Source of the DNA: Pseudomonadota bacterium
Lineage (GTDB): Bacteria; Pseudomonadota; Gammaproteobacteria; Burkholderiales; Burkholderiaceae_B
Direction of reading: 5' to 3'
NCBI GenBank assembly: GCA_023388835.1
Contig: JAEWFK010000164.1
Location: 16,155-80,154, forward strand
DNA: 64,000 nt
Part shown: one piece after another, positions 62,457 through 64,000 of the stretch
Layout: each line of letters starts with the position of its first letter
Position numbering within the stretch: the first letter of the stretch is position 1
Program-made: the position numbers and the translations under genes
The notes under the pieces: generated by a model
Databases searched by the model: none
What the model saw: only the letters and a program-made list of their open reading frames with translations
Told to the model about the DNA's origin: nothing

Positions 62457-63425
62457 CTACGGCGGGTCGAGTCTTTCTTGCGCCGGGCGCTGGTTGGTTT
62501 CTTTTCTCGCTTTTTCGATCGCCCCGCACAAGGCTTCAGTGGCGTCGATGAGGCGAGGGCCGGGGCGGAACAGCGCATCCGGGTCGGCGGCATGCACACG
62601 GCCCTTGATTGCTGCATCCAGCCCGTAATCCGTCCATCGTGCCCGCACCGGCTCCAGCTCGTCAGCGCTGCGGGCGGGGGCCACCAGCAGCTCTGGGTCC
62701 TGCACGAGCACGTTTTCTATCGGCACACGCGGCGCGGGGACGCCGCTTGCGCCGTAGATGTTGACGCCGCCGCAAATGCGCAAGGCGTCATTCAGCAAGG
62801 GGTCGGCCCCTATAGTGTAAAGGGGCAGATGGCCGACTTCGATGAATACCGTCACGGGTCGCCGGCCGGCATGGCGGTCTTCCAGCTCCTGAATGCGGGC
62901 CTCCATGGCGGCGGCGGCTTTCGAGGCGGCCGCTTCCGTGCCCAGCAGCCGGCCTGTTTTTCGTACATCCGCGGGGATATCGCGCAAGCGGGCGGGCGCG
63001 GAATACAGCATCTGCGCGCCGATCTTGCCGCTCAGCGCCTCGACTTGCGGCGCGATGCCGGAGCGGTGCCAGCCGATGATGAACGTGGGGCGCAGGACAA
63101 TAATGCGCTCCTGGTTCAGCACCATGCCGTCGCCGATGCGTGGCAGGCCGCGGGCGGCCTCCGGGAAGTCGCTGCTGCTGACGGTGCCGACCATAAGGTC
63201 TCCCCCGGCGGCAGCGTAGACAATCTCCGTGGCATGCGGCGTGAGCGTGATGACGCGAGGGGAAGCCGCCTGCCCGGCAGGGTCCGCTGCCTGCTCCATC
63301 GTCGCCATGGCGCCCGCGGCCCCAACGGCCGGGGCCATGGACAGTGCCGCGGTTACAGCCGCCGCCGCGCAGCGGAGGACGGTCCTGGCGCGCGGCACGC
63401 GGCGCCGCAGTCTGGCCTTCTGCAT
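62457..63425 (-). CDS. cobalamin/siderophore-type periplasmic binding protein (BtuF-like)
   Basis: [29 protein letters not shown]; downstream of a TonB receptor. Confidence 0.85.
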   Translation of the reverse strand: MQKARLRRRVPRARTVLRCAAAAVTAALSMAPAVGAAGAMATMEQAADPAGQAASPRVITLTPHATEIVYAAAGGDLMVGTVSSSDFPEAARGLPRIGDGMVLNQERIIVLRPTFIIGWHRSGIAPQVEALSGKIGAQMLYSAPARLRDIPADVRKTGRLLGTEAAASKAAAAMEARIQELEDRHAGRRPVTVFIEVGHLPLYTIGADPLLNDALRICGGVNIYGASGVPAPRVPIENVLVQDPELLVAPARSADELEPVRARWTDYGLDAAIKGRVHAADPDALFRPGPRLIDATEALCGAIEKARKETNQRPAQERLDPP

Positions 63426-63429
63426 CGCG

Positions 63430-64000
63430 CTACATGCGCAGCGAGAGGTTCACGAAGACATTCGAGCCCGGCGTCTGGTACCCGTAGGCGTTCGCGTAGT
63501 CCTTGTCGAACACGTTGTTCCAGCGCAGTTGCACCGACGCGTTCGGGCTGAAGTCGTAGGCCGCCGTCAGGTTCAGGAGACTATGGCCGCCCAGCGTCGT
63601 GCGGTACGACGCATACGTGACCGGATCAACGGCGGTGTCTTCGCGCTTGCCGGTGAATTGATACTCGGCGCCCAGCCTCAGGGCATCGAGGCGATGCTCC
63701 GCCGACAGCATGTACTGTTGGCGTGCGCGCCGCAGCAGGCGCTCTCCGGTGCTGTCGTCGCGCGGACGCATGAAGTCAGCGCTCGCGCGCAGGGTCGTAC
63801 GGCTCCATTCGTACTCAGCAGTCAGCGTCGCTCCGCGTATCGTGGCGCGATCGACGTTCTCCATGCGGAAGGTGGCGTTGTCCCAGGCAAGCAGGTCGCG
63901 GATCTTGTTCTGGTAAACGGTGGCGCCAAAGCGCAAGCCCCCCTTGTCGTAGCGGACATGCGCCTCGATGTTGCGCGACTTTTCCGGCTCCAGATCGGGG
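63430..64000 (-). CDS. TonB-dependent receptor, C-terminal part (BtuB-like; begins beyond window)
   Basis: LLRRAR, NNVFDKDY..YGYQTPG C-terminal barrel signature; adjacent to the BtuF-like gene. Confidence 0.85.
   Translation of the reverse strand, partial: PDLEPEKSRNIEAHVRYDKGGLRFGATVYQNKIRDLLAWDNATFRMENVDRATIRGATLTAEYEWSRTTLRASADFMRPRDDSTGERLLRRARQQYMLSAEHRLDALRLGAEYQFTGKREDTAVDPVTYASYRTTLGGHSLLNLTAAYDFSPNASVQLRWNNVFDKDYANAYGYQTPGSNVFVNLSLRM

Overview
GC-rich chromosomal segment of a betaproteobacterium; gene content and order point to Alcaligenaceae (Bordetella/Pusillimonas-like), which is an inference. Most of it is housekeeping backbone: gpsA-secB-grxC, gpmA-envC-ctpA-moeB, argB, the yraN/rsmI cluster, rlpA, kdsD-kdsC-lptCAB-hpf-ptsN-hprK-rapZ (no rpoN), apt, ilvA, phoBR, ubiE-tim44-ubiJ-ubiB, tolC-pcm, thiDG and btuF plus a TonB receptor. 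Three accessory blocks interrupt it. (1) 6.4-11.5 kb: LysR, a TauABC-like ABC importer and an FAD amine oxidoreductase. (2) 16.3-25.7 kb: LysR, a split AtuA-like pair, a peptide-type ABC importer and an amidase. (3) 40.5-51.5 kb, the most interesting: an eight-gene partner-switching module (Cache-HAMP-SpoIIE phosphatase, RsbW-type kinase, STAS protein) with no sigma factor. It is packaged with an orphan solute-binding protein, a glutamate-cysteine-ligase-like enzyme, a divergent alanine-racemase-like enzyme, an MFS transporter with duplicated periplasmic domains, and an NCS2 permease fused to a degenerate RsbW-like domain. It resembles the Bordetella btrU/W/V locus, but no type III secretion genes are in the window. 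No rRNA, tRNA, CRISPR, transposase or integrase was recognised. All calls come from reading motifs by eye; no database searches were run.
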